Assembly: GCF_006345805.1 (NCBI RefSeq)
Contig: NC_043004.1
Location: forward strand, 97,960,001-98,024,000
From: Octopus sinensis
Lineage: Eukaryota
DNA length: 64,000 nt
Direction of reading: 5' to 3'
A program made the translations under genes and the position numbers. Below the pieces are notes generated by a model. The model had not been told where the DNA came from and did not search any database. It saw nothing but the letters and a program-made list of their open reading frames with translations. Positions 51,552 through 62,460 of this stretch are shown one piece after another (position 1 is the first letter of the stretch; every line of letters begins with the position of its first letter).

Positions 51552-52591
51552 ATATGTTAATAAAATAGAACATATGCATATATATAAACATATGTACGTA
51601 CCTACCTCTACATGTACATATACACGCATATATGTGTACAGGACACCAAAAAGACGTCGAACACATAGAGAGACGAAACACATAGACAAAAACAAGGAAC
51701 AAGACAAGCAAAAAAAAAAGGAGAGATACGACAAGAAGCACAAAGAAAAATCCCCTTCTTCAGTCGCTAAGATTTCATCTACTAAACGTTCGAGGATAAA
51801 AGCGAGACGTATATTCGAAGAAAAATTCCTTCCCGCGAAAAGCAAATCAATTAAAATTCTGAGATCTTTTCGCAGAGGGGTAAAAAAAAAGCAAGATGGA
51901 ACGACAGTACAAACAAATAAACAGTAAAAAATATATATATAAACAGTGAAAAATAAAATATAACAGTGAGAGACAGGACAAGGAGAACAAGATAAGAAGG
52001 GCTGTTAACGCCAGACGAAAAAAGTATTGCAAGCTGGATTATCGTGGAAGACGAGAGGAGGGGAAAATTGTCGACCAGAAGCCTACAAGGCGGCGAGAAA
52101 GGACGGATAGCAGTTACGACGGAAGTATCGTCGCAGATGGATGACGGGAATGGGGGAGGAGGAGCAAGAGGAAGAGAGAGAGAGAGAGAAGAAGGGGAAT
52201 GGTGCGAGGAGACCATGAAGAATGGTGAAAGGGAGAGAGAGAATTGAAGAATGAGAGAGAGAGGAAGAGACAAGTTAAGTGAGGGAAAAAAGACGAAAAA
52301 GGGAATGGGAGAGAAAGAAAGAAAGATGCAGAGTCGCGTGAGAGTTAATATCAAGGCTAACTTGATAAACAGAACAATCTTACTTAATAGGGTGCGTGCG
52401 TTTAGTCGTATAATATGTTAATAAAATAGAACATATGCATATATATAAACATATATGTACGTACCTACCTCTACATGTACATATACACGCATATATGTGT
52501 ACAGGACACCAAAAAGACGTCGAACACATAGAGAGACGAAAAACATAGACACAAACCAAGGAACAAGACAAGCAAAAAAAAAGGAGAGATA
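51552..52591 (+). repeat. Dispersed direct repeat of ~177 bp (51552-51728 and 52413-52591)
   Basis: The aligned copies differ by a few substitutions and indels; both carry the minus-strand donor. Confidence 0.9.
51606..52380 (-). promoter_or_regulatory. Candidate first (5' UTR) exon / promoter-proximal region
   Basis: CpG-enriched, CT-rich on the minus strand, not TE-like; ends at donor GAG|gtaggt (51606/51605). Confidence 0.35.
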
Positions 52592-52645
52592 TATATATAT
52601 AAGATAGATAGATAGATAGATAGATTAGATAGATAGATAGATATG

Positions 52646-52681
<36 letters not shown>

Positions 52682-52693
52682 ATAGATAATATA

Positions 52694-52724
<31 letters not shown>

Positions 52725-53384
52725 CATACATAAGCATTCATATATATACATACGTATAGATTGAGACAGAAGAAGAAAGAGAGGAACAGAGTGTGAATCA
52801 GAAAAACAGATTCAAGCACTGAAAAAAGACATATTGGTATATTTTATAAGGAATAAACTTACTAAATACATCAGTCATGAAATATGCATAAGGATATCGA
52901 TATAGCCATGCAGTTATATGTATAAGCGCGCCAGCACGCGCGCCTGGCAAAGACAGCAATGTAGAAACATAGTTATACTTGTGAAATTATAGATGTTGAG
53001 TCGAAAGAATTATAAGCCACTATTTGCGTGGAAGTTGTATTTTTTTACACGCTTGCTTGTTGTTAACTGCAAACACATTTTATTTAATTATATAAACAAA
53101 CTTGATCCGTTCTCTAAGTGTGGTCAGGAGAGGCCCTGAGTTCCTACTGTTCGCAAATAGATTACACCATGTGTAGCATGACACTAGTTGTAGTTTCATA
53201 TATGAAGATGGATGAGAGTTTCTTATTTTGAAACAGCATGAAGTATTTAGTTTTCGTTCTTTGGAGACTGATGTGACTAAAGTTTTGCTCTGTTTTGGCA
53301 TTTCAGACACAATTATGTGTGGAAGGAAGTACGTATAACACATACACGCACACAAACATATATTCTGTTCTGTATCACTGGTTA

Positions 53385-53890
53385 TGTGGAAGCGCAATGG
53401 CCCAGTGGTTAGGGCAGCGGACTCGCGGTCATAGGATCGCGGTTTCGATTTCCAGACCGGGCATAGTGAGTGTTTATTGAGCGAAAACACCTAAAGCTCC
53501 ACAATGTTCCGGTAGTTGGTGGTGGTGAACCCTGCTGTACTCTTTCACCACAACTTTCTCTCACTCTTTCTTCCTATTTCTGTTGTAATGTACTTCAAAG
53601 GGCTAGCCTTGTCACACCCTGTGTCACGCTGAATCTCCCCGAGAACTACTTTAAGGGTACACATGTCTGCGGTGTGCTCAGCCACTTGCACGTTGATAAA
53701 TGTGCTGCGACGTCAGTGGTGCCAAGCTGTATTGGCCTTTGCCTTTCCCTTGGATAACATCGGTGGTGTGGAGAGGTGAGGCTGGTATGCGTGGGCCACC
53801 TTACCCAGACTTGTGCCTCGGAGGGTACCTTTCTAGGAGCAATCCCACTGTCATTTATGACCGAAGGGGGTCACAACAACAAATCAGCGG
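53385..53890 (+). mobile_element. SINE family C (53385-53700) joined to a second repeat module (53700-53890)
   Basis: The first part matches 2182-2500; it switches abruptly at ~53697. Confidence 0.75.
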
Positions 53891-53994
53891 TTATGTTGAG
53901 AGACTCCGACTACGACTAACACAACGTAAATGATGTAAACACATTGTCTTTCTATACAATAAATTTATGTTCACATAAGAGAGGATTACTTGAA

Positions 53995-54291
53995 GTAGTT
54001 TCGATCCCCTGTAGATAGGCATATACATATTATTTTTTACTATTTTACTCTTGTAAAGCGTCATTGCCTTCGAAATATTCTGTACGAGTGAGTGGTGAAA
54101 ACTTGCTGGCTTTGGGTTAAAGAAAATACAGGAGGGTCAGTTTATGTGTTTGTTCAGCAATTTCCCCTCTCAGATTCACACACTCATAGCGCCGGTCCTT
54201 CAGTTTTTGTAAACCTTGTAAAAAAGGGTTGAGCCTCCAACCAGGTCTTTTGCGATACCCTTAAATCCAGTAACTTTTTGGCAACCCCTCG
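53995..54291. mobile_element. Mariner-type right end fragment (different family)
   Basis: Ends aaatccagtaactttttggcaacccctcg|TA, whose reverse complement tacgaggggttgccaaaaagt is typical of a mariner TIR. No partner TIR found. Confidence 0.5.
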
Positions 54292-54353
54292 TATTCACAC
54301 ATATATCCATATACAAACATGTGCCTATATACATACATACTTACATGCATACA

Positions 54354-54412
<59 letters not shown>

Positions 54413-54544
54413 CAGGAAGCTTTATGAAAATAGACAAAAGACTAATGTAGGATAAAATGTCTTTCGGGAAAAAAATTTCATCAATGCCCAGCATATCAAA
54501 AAACACATTTAAAGGTTAAATTTACAAATAATTTACAATATAAG

Positions 54545-56709
54545 GGCAAAAGAAAAATTCTTTTCACGAACATATGTGCAAGACACACCCCATTAAGATC
54601 TGCAAACAAATCTAAGTGTCGAATCCCTAGAAATAGAAAATCTCTCATAAGGAAAATTAAAAGAATCAACAAAAAGATCAACATGCTGAAATACTGTCAA
54701 CAGCAACACACCAACCTGACTGCCATCTCGTCGCTAGAGATTAAAAAACATAAACTCCAAAACAACATGATGTCTATCATCAATAGTCAGCGAAGAGCTG
54801 AAGAGGCCTGGGCCATTGAGAAGATCAAACTCAATCCCAAAGTGTTCTTTTCATTTGCAAAAAAACACAGAGTCACTGGTTCTACTGTTGGCCCTCTGAT
54901 TGATGAAAATGGTACTCTTCAAAACAATGCCAAAACCATGGGAGAGATATTGCAGAAACAATATTGCTCTGTTTTCAGCAATCCTGATATGACTGATCTG
55001 AGCTGTATCAGTGATGTTACTCCCCAATACACTTTATCGGACATAACATTTAGCGCTCCTGATGTCTTAGCAGCAATAAAGGAAATGAAGCATAATTCAG
55101 CAGTAGGTCCCGATAGGTTCCCTGCTTGTGTCTTGAAGATGTGTCAAAACCAACTTGCACCCCCTCTAGCCAATCTGTGGCGGAACTCACTGGATGCTGG
55201 ATATATACCAGAAGAGCTTCTATCCCAGTCTGTTGTCCCAGTTTTCAAAAAAGGAAACAAATCGCTTGCCGTGAATTACCGTCCAATCTCACTCACCTCT
55301 CATATCATCAAGGTATTTGAGAGGGTGCTGATATCGCGTATAACTCACTTCCTTGAGAGTCATAATATGCTGAACCCCAACCAGCATGGATTCCGTAATG
55401 GGAGAGATTGCCTGACGCAGCTACTGCATCATTTTGATGACATTTTGAGAGCCTTGGGAGAAGGTTCCAACACTGATGTCATCTACCTTGATTTCAGCAA
55501 GGCCTTTGACAGGGTTGATCATAAGATCCTTCTGAGAAAGCTGTCCAATATTGGTGTCACTGGAAAGCTGCTGCAGTGGATCCTGTCTAACAGAACCCAA
55601 CATGTTGTAGTTGAAGGAGTCAAATCCAGCCCAGCCAATGTCAGCAGTGGTGTCCCACAAGGCACTGTGTTGGGCCCACTTCTCTTCATCATCTACATAA
55701 ATGATATTACTGACACCATCAAACACAGTAACATCAGAACCTTCGCTGACGATTCCAAGCTCCAGAAGGTCATCAATGGCGTGGATGACCGAATAAACCT
55801 TCAGTCAGACCTACTGGCTGTTGTCCAATGGGCGGAAAAGAATAACATGTTGCTAAATGAAGACAAATTCGAACTGATCCACTTTGGAAGGGAGGACGCT
55901 CTGAAACTCCTATACTCTCTTCCTTCTGGAGAAATTCTCATGGCATCCAACAACATCAGAGACCTGGGAGTAACAGTGGACAACAACATAAGCTGGGCTA
56001 CACATATAAGCAGCAAAGTTGACATGGCCCGCAGAATGTGTTCCTGGATTCTCAGAACCTTCCAGTCGAGAAATTCCCACGCTATTACCCTTCTCTTCTC
56101 CACTTTTGCCCGACCCCACCTTGAATACTGCTGTCCACTGTGGTCTCCCTACACAAAACAAAATATTATGAGAATTGAAGCTCCCCAAAGGTCAATCACA
56201 AAAAAGATAGATGGCATGTCAGACCTTGACTACTGGGGTAGACTAGAGAAGCTGAAATTGTATTCACTCCAACGACGCCGTGAATGCTACATTATCTGTA
56301 TGATGGGGAAAATATTCCATCAGCACTGTCCGAATGATGTTGGCATCACCTTCAAAATGCATCCACGGCTTGGACCACGTGCCACCCGTCCACAACAAAA
56401 ATCTAAATCGCATCACATAACGACAATACGGCACAACTATTTCACCTCAATTGGACCTGCTCTCTTCAACATTACACCAGGACACGTCAAAAAAGAAACT
56501 GACCACACAAAATTCAAGAAGTCTTTGGACAAATTCCTTCAAACAGTACCGGAGAAACCACCCACATTCGGATATGTCTCCGCAAACAATAACTCTCTGC
56601 TCGAATGGGCCTTGGTGCCCAAATCCTGAACTGAAAGACTTCGCCAGGTGGTGCTATTAAGTTAGACATGGCCTGGGCCAATACTGGCCAAAACCTTTCT
56701 AAGTTATTC

Positions 56710-56712
<3 letters not shown>
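54545..56712 (+). mobile_element. Young 5'-truncated CR1-clade LINE
   Basis: RT ORF plus a short 3' UTR ending in ttctaa-type repeats; no APE domain remains. Confidence 0.9.
54683..56629 (+). CDS. CR1-clade LINE ORF2 fragment (reverse transcriptase), 648 aa
   Basis: NYRPISLTSHIIKVFER, NQHGFR, IYLDFSKAFDRVDH, SGVPQGTVLGPLLFIIYIND, FADDSKL, RDLGV and RPHLEYC. Confidence 0.9.
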   Translation: MLKYCQQQHTNLTAISSLEIKKHKLQNNMMSIINSQRRAEEAWAIEKIKLNPKVFFSFAKKHRVTGSTVGPLIDENGTLQNNAKTMGEILQKQYCSVFSNPDMTDLSCISDVTPQYTLSDITFSAPDVLAAIKEMKHNSAVGPDRFPACVLKMCQNQLAPPLANLWRNSLDAGYIPEELLSQSVVPVFKKGNKSLAVNYRPISLTSHIIKVFERVLISRITHFLESHNMLNPNQHGFRNGRDCLTQLLHHFDDILRALGEGSNTDVIYLDFSKAFDRVDHKILLRKLSNIGVTGKLLQWILSNRTQHVVVEGVKSSPANVSSGVPQGTVLGPLLFIIYINDITDTIKHSNIRTFADDSKLQKVINGVDDRINLQSDLLAVVQWAEKNNMLLNEDKFELIHFGREDALKLLYSLPSGEILMASNNIRDLGVTVDNNISWATHISSKVDMARRMCSWILRTFQSRNSHAITLLFSTFARPHLEYCCPLWSPYTKQNIMRIEAPQRSITKKIDGMSDLDYWGRLEKLKLYSLQRRRECYIICMMGKIFHQHCPNDVGITFKMHPRLGPRATRPQQKSKSHHITTIRHNYFTSIGPALFNITPGHVKKETDHTKFKKSLDKFLQTVPEKPPTFGYVSANNNSLLEWALVPKS

Positions 56713-56748
<36 letters not shown>

Positions 56749-57059
56749 ATATTTCGGAATGGTCATATTTAAACGTATATATATATATATATACATATAA
56801 ACATGAATACATATATACAGACAGACATATAAACATACACGCATACATCTATGAAGACAGATAGACAGACAGACAGTTGGATGGACGGACAGTGAGAAAA
56901 TTATACATATAAGATCACGGACAACTGATGGAACCGTGGCAGTTAGCCAGGAAAAAATAGAAGCCCATTCTGACCTGCAATAAAAAGATGATATGTAGAT
57001 GACAAATACTTATTGCACGAAAAAGTACTGCACCTTTTCTGTCTCTCTTGTATTTGTTA

Positions 57060-57453
57060 CTAGCAGTATCGCCCGGCGTTGCTCGGGTTTGTAAGGGAAA
57101 TAACTATAAAGCATGTTTAGAGAGTTATAGCCAAAAAATAGCAAAAAAATACATTAAAAATGGAAAACAAATTATGGTAAATTTTTTTTAAATCGTTGAC
57201 TTATCGTAGACATTTTTAGAGAGTTACTTCCCTTATATAATAGCGAAAAAATGCATTAAAATGGAAAAAAATGATGGTAATTTTTAAAAAAATCGTAGAC
57301 TCATCGTAGACGCGCGCTAATACCCAGAAGGGCTCGATATGAATCACGACTATAAGATACCCGGTTTTGGTAAACTGCACCGCAAATTGTGGGAGTAATT
57401 AGGAATCTAAATCGTAGGAGACAGACACACAACTTCACTTTTATATATAAAGA
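57060..57453 (-). mobile_element. Non-autonomous Helitron, complete (394 bp)
   Basis: A|TCTTTATATATAAA ... CCCGAGCAACGCCGGG ... CTAG|T; near-identical to 1526-1920. Confidence 0.9.
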
Positions 57454-57859
57454 TGTATCGTATTTGTTGGTTCTTCTTTTTTCTGAAGACCAAAGCTGTA
57501 TCAGATTGTCAATATGCACTTGATTACATAAGTAAGTACACCAATTATTTGTATAACGGTGAGTTTATAATCTGGCTAGAGAAGCTGACGATTTTGAAGT
57601 AGTTTTCCATAATCATCCAATTATTTTATCTGATATTTATTGAAGAGATAACCACATCAGCATGTCAGCTGATCTCAATGAAATGACGTCACATACTTTT
57701 TCGTATGTTCCAAACAACTATATCCAGTCTGTTATGTTTGCACTTTGGGGAATGGACGCAGAGGCAACAAGTCAACCTGTGTAGCCGGTGGCGATGGAAT
57801 AGAAGAACAGTGTGATCTATGATGTATAAATACAACTGAGAAACCACACACGCACGCAC

Positions 57860-57899
<40 letters not shown>

Positions 57900-57904
57900 A
57901 TATG

Positions 57905-58256
57905 ACGTGCTTCTTTCAGTTTCCGTTTACAAATCCACTGAGAAGGCTGTGGTCGGAGTGAGGCTATAGTGGTGCCAAGCAGTAGGAAAGAACATGGTCG
58001 GGAAGTAAACTTGTCACAACACTGCCATGCTTGCGCCTGTATATTCTTTTATTCTTGTATTTGCTTCAGTCATGTGAGTGCGGCCATGTTGGAGCACCGC
58101 TTTTAGTCAAACCGATCGACCCTAGGACTTATTCTTTGTAAGCCTAGTACTAATTCTATCGGTCACTTTTGCCGAACCACTAAGTTACGGGTACGTGAAC
58201 ATACCAACATCGCTTGCCAAGCAATGGCGGTGGGGAACAAACACAGACATGCAAAG

Positions 58257-58301
<45 letters not shown>

Positions 58302-58458
58302 GATAGATATATATATATATGACATGCTTCTTTCAATTTCCGACTACTAAATCTACTCGCCCGAGGCTATAGTACAAGATGCTTGCCCAAGGTGCCTCGC
58401 GTTGGGATTGAACCCGGAACCATGTGGCTGGTAAACAAGCTACTCACCACACAGCCAA
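57905..58458 (-). mobile_element. Fragmented SINE family B copies
   Basis: Head fragments at 57905-58035 and 58320-58458, and a tail region at 58050-58260. Confidence 0.7.
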
Positions 58459-59926
58459 CCATATCAAAAGTAACTCAGTACATCGTAGAATACATATTGT
58501 TTTGTTTATTTGTTTCTCATGACTCACGTTTCGCACTGCTGTGGTCATCAGGCAAGTCCTGCGATAACGCCGTATATCTTTTTTCCTAGGTTGGATGTTA
58601 TGAGAGTTACCGTTTGTATATATATATATATATATACTTACAAATAATGTGTGTCAGTATCTGTATATGCTTGCATGTAATTGTGTGTGTGTGGGTGTGT
58701 GAGTACCTGCATACATGCACATATGCGTACAGGTAGACAGATATTCTAAATTAGATTAATATATTTATAACTTGTAATTTAATTCAGTCAACCGAAATCC
58801 ACGTCTATGAATATACACCCATGAATAAACATGTGATAAACACCCATATTGACATGCCTGCATATTACAAATACATACTAACAGTCATGCATATATATAT
58901 ATGTCTGTGTATGTATTTATGTATTTATGTATACATGTATGTATATATATATATATACATATATATATATGCATATATCTATACATACATGCATATATAT
59001 ATACATATATATATATATATACATATATATATGTATGTATATATACATATATATATATGCATATAAATATATATATATTGTATTATATTTTATTTATACT
59101 CGTGTTCGTATATTCGTTCACATAAATACTCTGAAGCATATACAAACACATACTTTTTCACAAAAACATATGTACATCGATGTCTATATAATATTTTATC
59201 ATTGTGCACAGCGAGAAAACAAGCCTAAAGAACAACAACAAAATATTTTCGTAAACTAAAAACAGCCATATTGCATGCAAAATAAGACAAAGATACTGAA
59301 TTGAGAATATATTTTTCGAAACGAATGACCAAGATCATAATTAACAACTATTTAAGCCGGAGTTGTCATTAACCATAGATTACGACAGATATGATGGATT
59401 CTATGAATTCTGGAGAGGCATAGTGGCATCGTGCTGGGGAGAATTATCTCTGTGTATCTGTTCGCTGTGAATCACCACGGAATTGACAGAAACTCATATT
59501 TCTTGTGTATCTTTGTTTCTTGATTAAATTTTGAAAAACACGAGACACGACCCGATGTATAGTTAGATTATGCTATAATAGATCCTGTGACAGGTAGTAA
59601 TAACTGTGGGACGTTCCTTTCCGAATGATGTACGACTTACATGTAATGATACGATGGGGTGCCACGTGGTGGAGGAAAGTTCAACGGGAATCGAATATGA
59701 TTGGCTTTCATATATGATGTATGTACTGCGTTGGCCTGGCAGCGCTATGTGATATTTAGCTAGGTATACTCGCCAAAGATTGTGTTTCAGTGTATTGGCA
59801 ATTTTTGTTGTCCTTTTTCATTTATTATATATATATATATATATATAAATACGCTCACCTATATATATGCATATATCTATACATACATGCATACACACAC
59901 ATACATATGGAAACATACATACATGC

Positions 59927-59964
<38 letters not shown>

Positions 59965-59970
59965 ATACAT

Positions 59971-60001
<31 letters not shown>

Positions 60002-60022
60002 CATACATACATACATACTACA

Positions 60023-60113
<91 letters not shown>

Positions 60114-60374
60114 CACTTCAGGTGCTGCAATCATTGGTGTCCTTGTTTATTTTTGTTGCAGCGGATCTTGCTCTCTTTCTTTTGTAATTCTAATGTGGCA
60201 GAAGAACTAAATCAGTAACGTCACTTGATTATATACAGCGCAATATCTAAAAACTTCTGTATATGTTTTCCGTTCAGTTCCCACCAGAGTCATCAGTTTA
60301 CTCAGATTCTAGGGACTGGATAAATTAGCTATACACTTTATTCAAAATGCATGCATTCGAGTTTAAGTTAAAAT

Positions 60375-60625
60375 ATTATTATTGCGCTTTGGGATTTGGT
60401 TTGCAAGATTCTTTATATGAGTTCGTGTGTTGAAGCATATTCTATTGTGTCTGTGGAGAGTCATTTTCTTTTTGTGCCTTATAATTTAACACACTCACCG
60501 GTAAAATTTCCACTTATTTCTTATTTTTATTTTTATCTTTAAGAAATAAGTGGAAATTTTACCGATGAGTGTGTTAAATTATAAGGCACAAAATGAAAAT
60601 GATTCTCCCCAGACACAACAAAATA
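60375..60625. mobile_element. Foldback/MITE-like element with ~79-bp arms
   Basis: Arms 60445-60523 and 60540-60618; shares sequence with 34500-34730. Confidence 0.75.
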
Positions 60626-60769
60626 TCATAATTGCATTTGCTACTATAAGACTGGTGAATGAATTTATTATGCAATTAACCAAAATATACAATAATGTGT
60701 GATATATTACGGTATTTCAATTAAATATCAATAATTTGATTATGTTAAGCAAGTAAAATTTAAATAACG

Positions 60770-60970
60770 GTTCAGATTTTGGCACAAAGCCAGGAGTTGT
60801 AGGGGTGGTGAAGTCTATTGCATTGACCCTGATATTCCACTGGTACTTATTTTATCAACTTTGAAAGTATAAAAGTCAAATTCAACCTTGGCGGTATTGA
60901 GAACGTAAAGATAGACGAAATGCCAAAAGCAATTCGATGTGCTAACGGTTCTTCCAGTTCTCCGTCTTCT
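60770..60970 (-). mobile_element. Degenerate SINE family A
   Basis: Diverged core (actggtacttattttatcaac...aaaagtcaaattcaaccttggcgg). Confidence 0.6.
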
Positions 60971-61019
60971 ATGGGTTAAGTATTTAAAAAAAAAATGAAT
61001 ATATTCCTTATAAAATGTT

Positions 61020-61700
61020 TCAATTCATTTTGCAGAATGAACACCCAGTTTTTCTGAAAATGTTTCTGGAAGATTTTTTTGCTGCATCGGCATCAGCGCT
61101 TGGCGCTTCTCCTTGCACTTTGACGGAATGCCACGCATGTCGATTTTTAAATCGATCAAACCATGATCTGCTTGCAAGAAAAGTTTCCTTTGTGTCACTT
61201 TTCATTTCTTTAAGCACACTGAAACGAGACAATGCTTTGTTACAAATCGACACTTGCTCAACATACATATGCATGCATTGTGATTTGTCATTCATTCATG
61301 CTTTTAAAAGTTTTTCCTTTTCCGGAATGTTGCTTCCAGCATCTCTTTTACGGGTCCAGGTTGATTTCAAAGGCTTGGAATAAATCCACAACTGCCTAGG
61401 TTTTACATGAGTGTAAATAAATAAATAAAGACAGTTCAATTTACAAGTAAAACTCAGAGAAAGATACCTTATGGTAGTTGAATAAGCGGGAATGATCCAC
61501 GGTCTGCCGCTATTTATATGCAGTTGCAATTCACATTCTAATCAACTCCTGTTGGCTCGCCAAAACGAAGATGTCTGGTACTGAAATGCCATGAAACATC
61601 CGATGATTCCAGGTCACATTAATGATAATGTACGTCCTGTCACCGAAGAGAGGAATTTTGCATTTTCAATTCACTTTGCTAATCTTCTATTTCTCAAGCT
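61020..61700 (-). pseudogene. Tigger/pogo transposase N-terminal remnant (CENP-B HTH)
   Basis: TFLASRSWFDRFKNRHAWHSVKVQGEAPSADADAAKK and EKEKLL; frameshifted. Confidence 0.8.
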
Positions 61701-62154
61701 TACACAGGGGCGTATATCCTGCAAATAACTTTCACACACTTTGCTCAATGATAACACTTAAGTTCGTGTGCTTTTAGAAAATTTAATGGGTCAGTCACAG
61801 GTTAATGTAGTGGATGAGAAAAACAGCAAAAATGACGTCCATGCACTGCTTGATTCAAATTTGTATTTTTACGACGAAAATTTATTTATTTACCTAAGAA
61901 TTTTATTACGAGATTCTACCACAATCTAAAATGTACACCAGAATCTGAACTTCAATGGTCTTTAATTTATCGAAATTGTAGAAATAACTTGAGTATATTT
62001 GATTCTTTTGACATCAGATGTTTGCAAACACGAAGGACTGACTACTGTCATTTTAATTCAACATGAAAACGGAAGCTTCCAAAATAACGTTATTCATAGC
62101 AAATCAAATCAATGTTCGATTTTATGATACAAATTGCCTTTTTTTGTTTATTTA

Positions 62155-62209
62155 TTAATTGCTATTATCATTATTATTATTATCATCATCATCATCATCA
62201 TCATCGTAA

Positions 62210-62243
<34 letters not shown>

Positions 62244-62390
62244 CATCATCATCATCATCATCATTATTATTATTATTATTATTATCATCATCATCATCAT
62301 CATCATTATTATTATTATATTATTATTATTATTATTATTATTATTATCATCATCATCATCATCATCATTATTATTATTATTATTATTCTT

Positions 62391-62422
<32 letters not shown>

Positions 62423-62460
62423 TATTATTATATTATTATTATTATTTATTATTATTATTA
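62155..62460. repeat. (ATT)n/(ATC)n tract at the R4/Dong 3' end
   Basis: Read directly; abuts the LINE 3' UTR. Confidence 0.95.
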
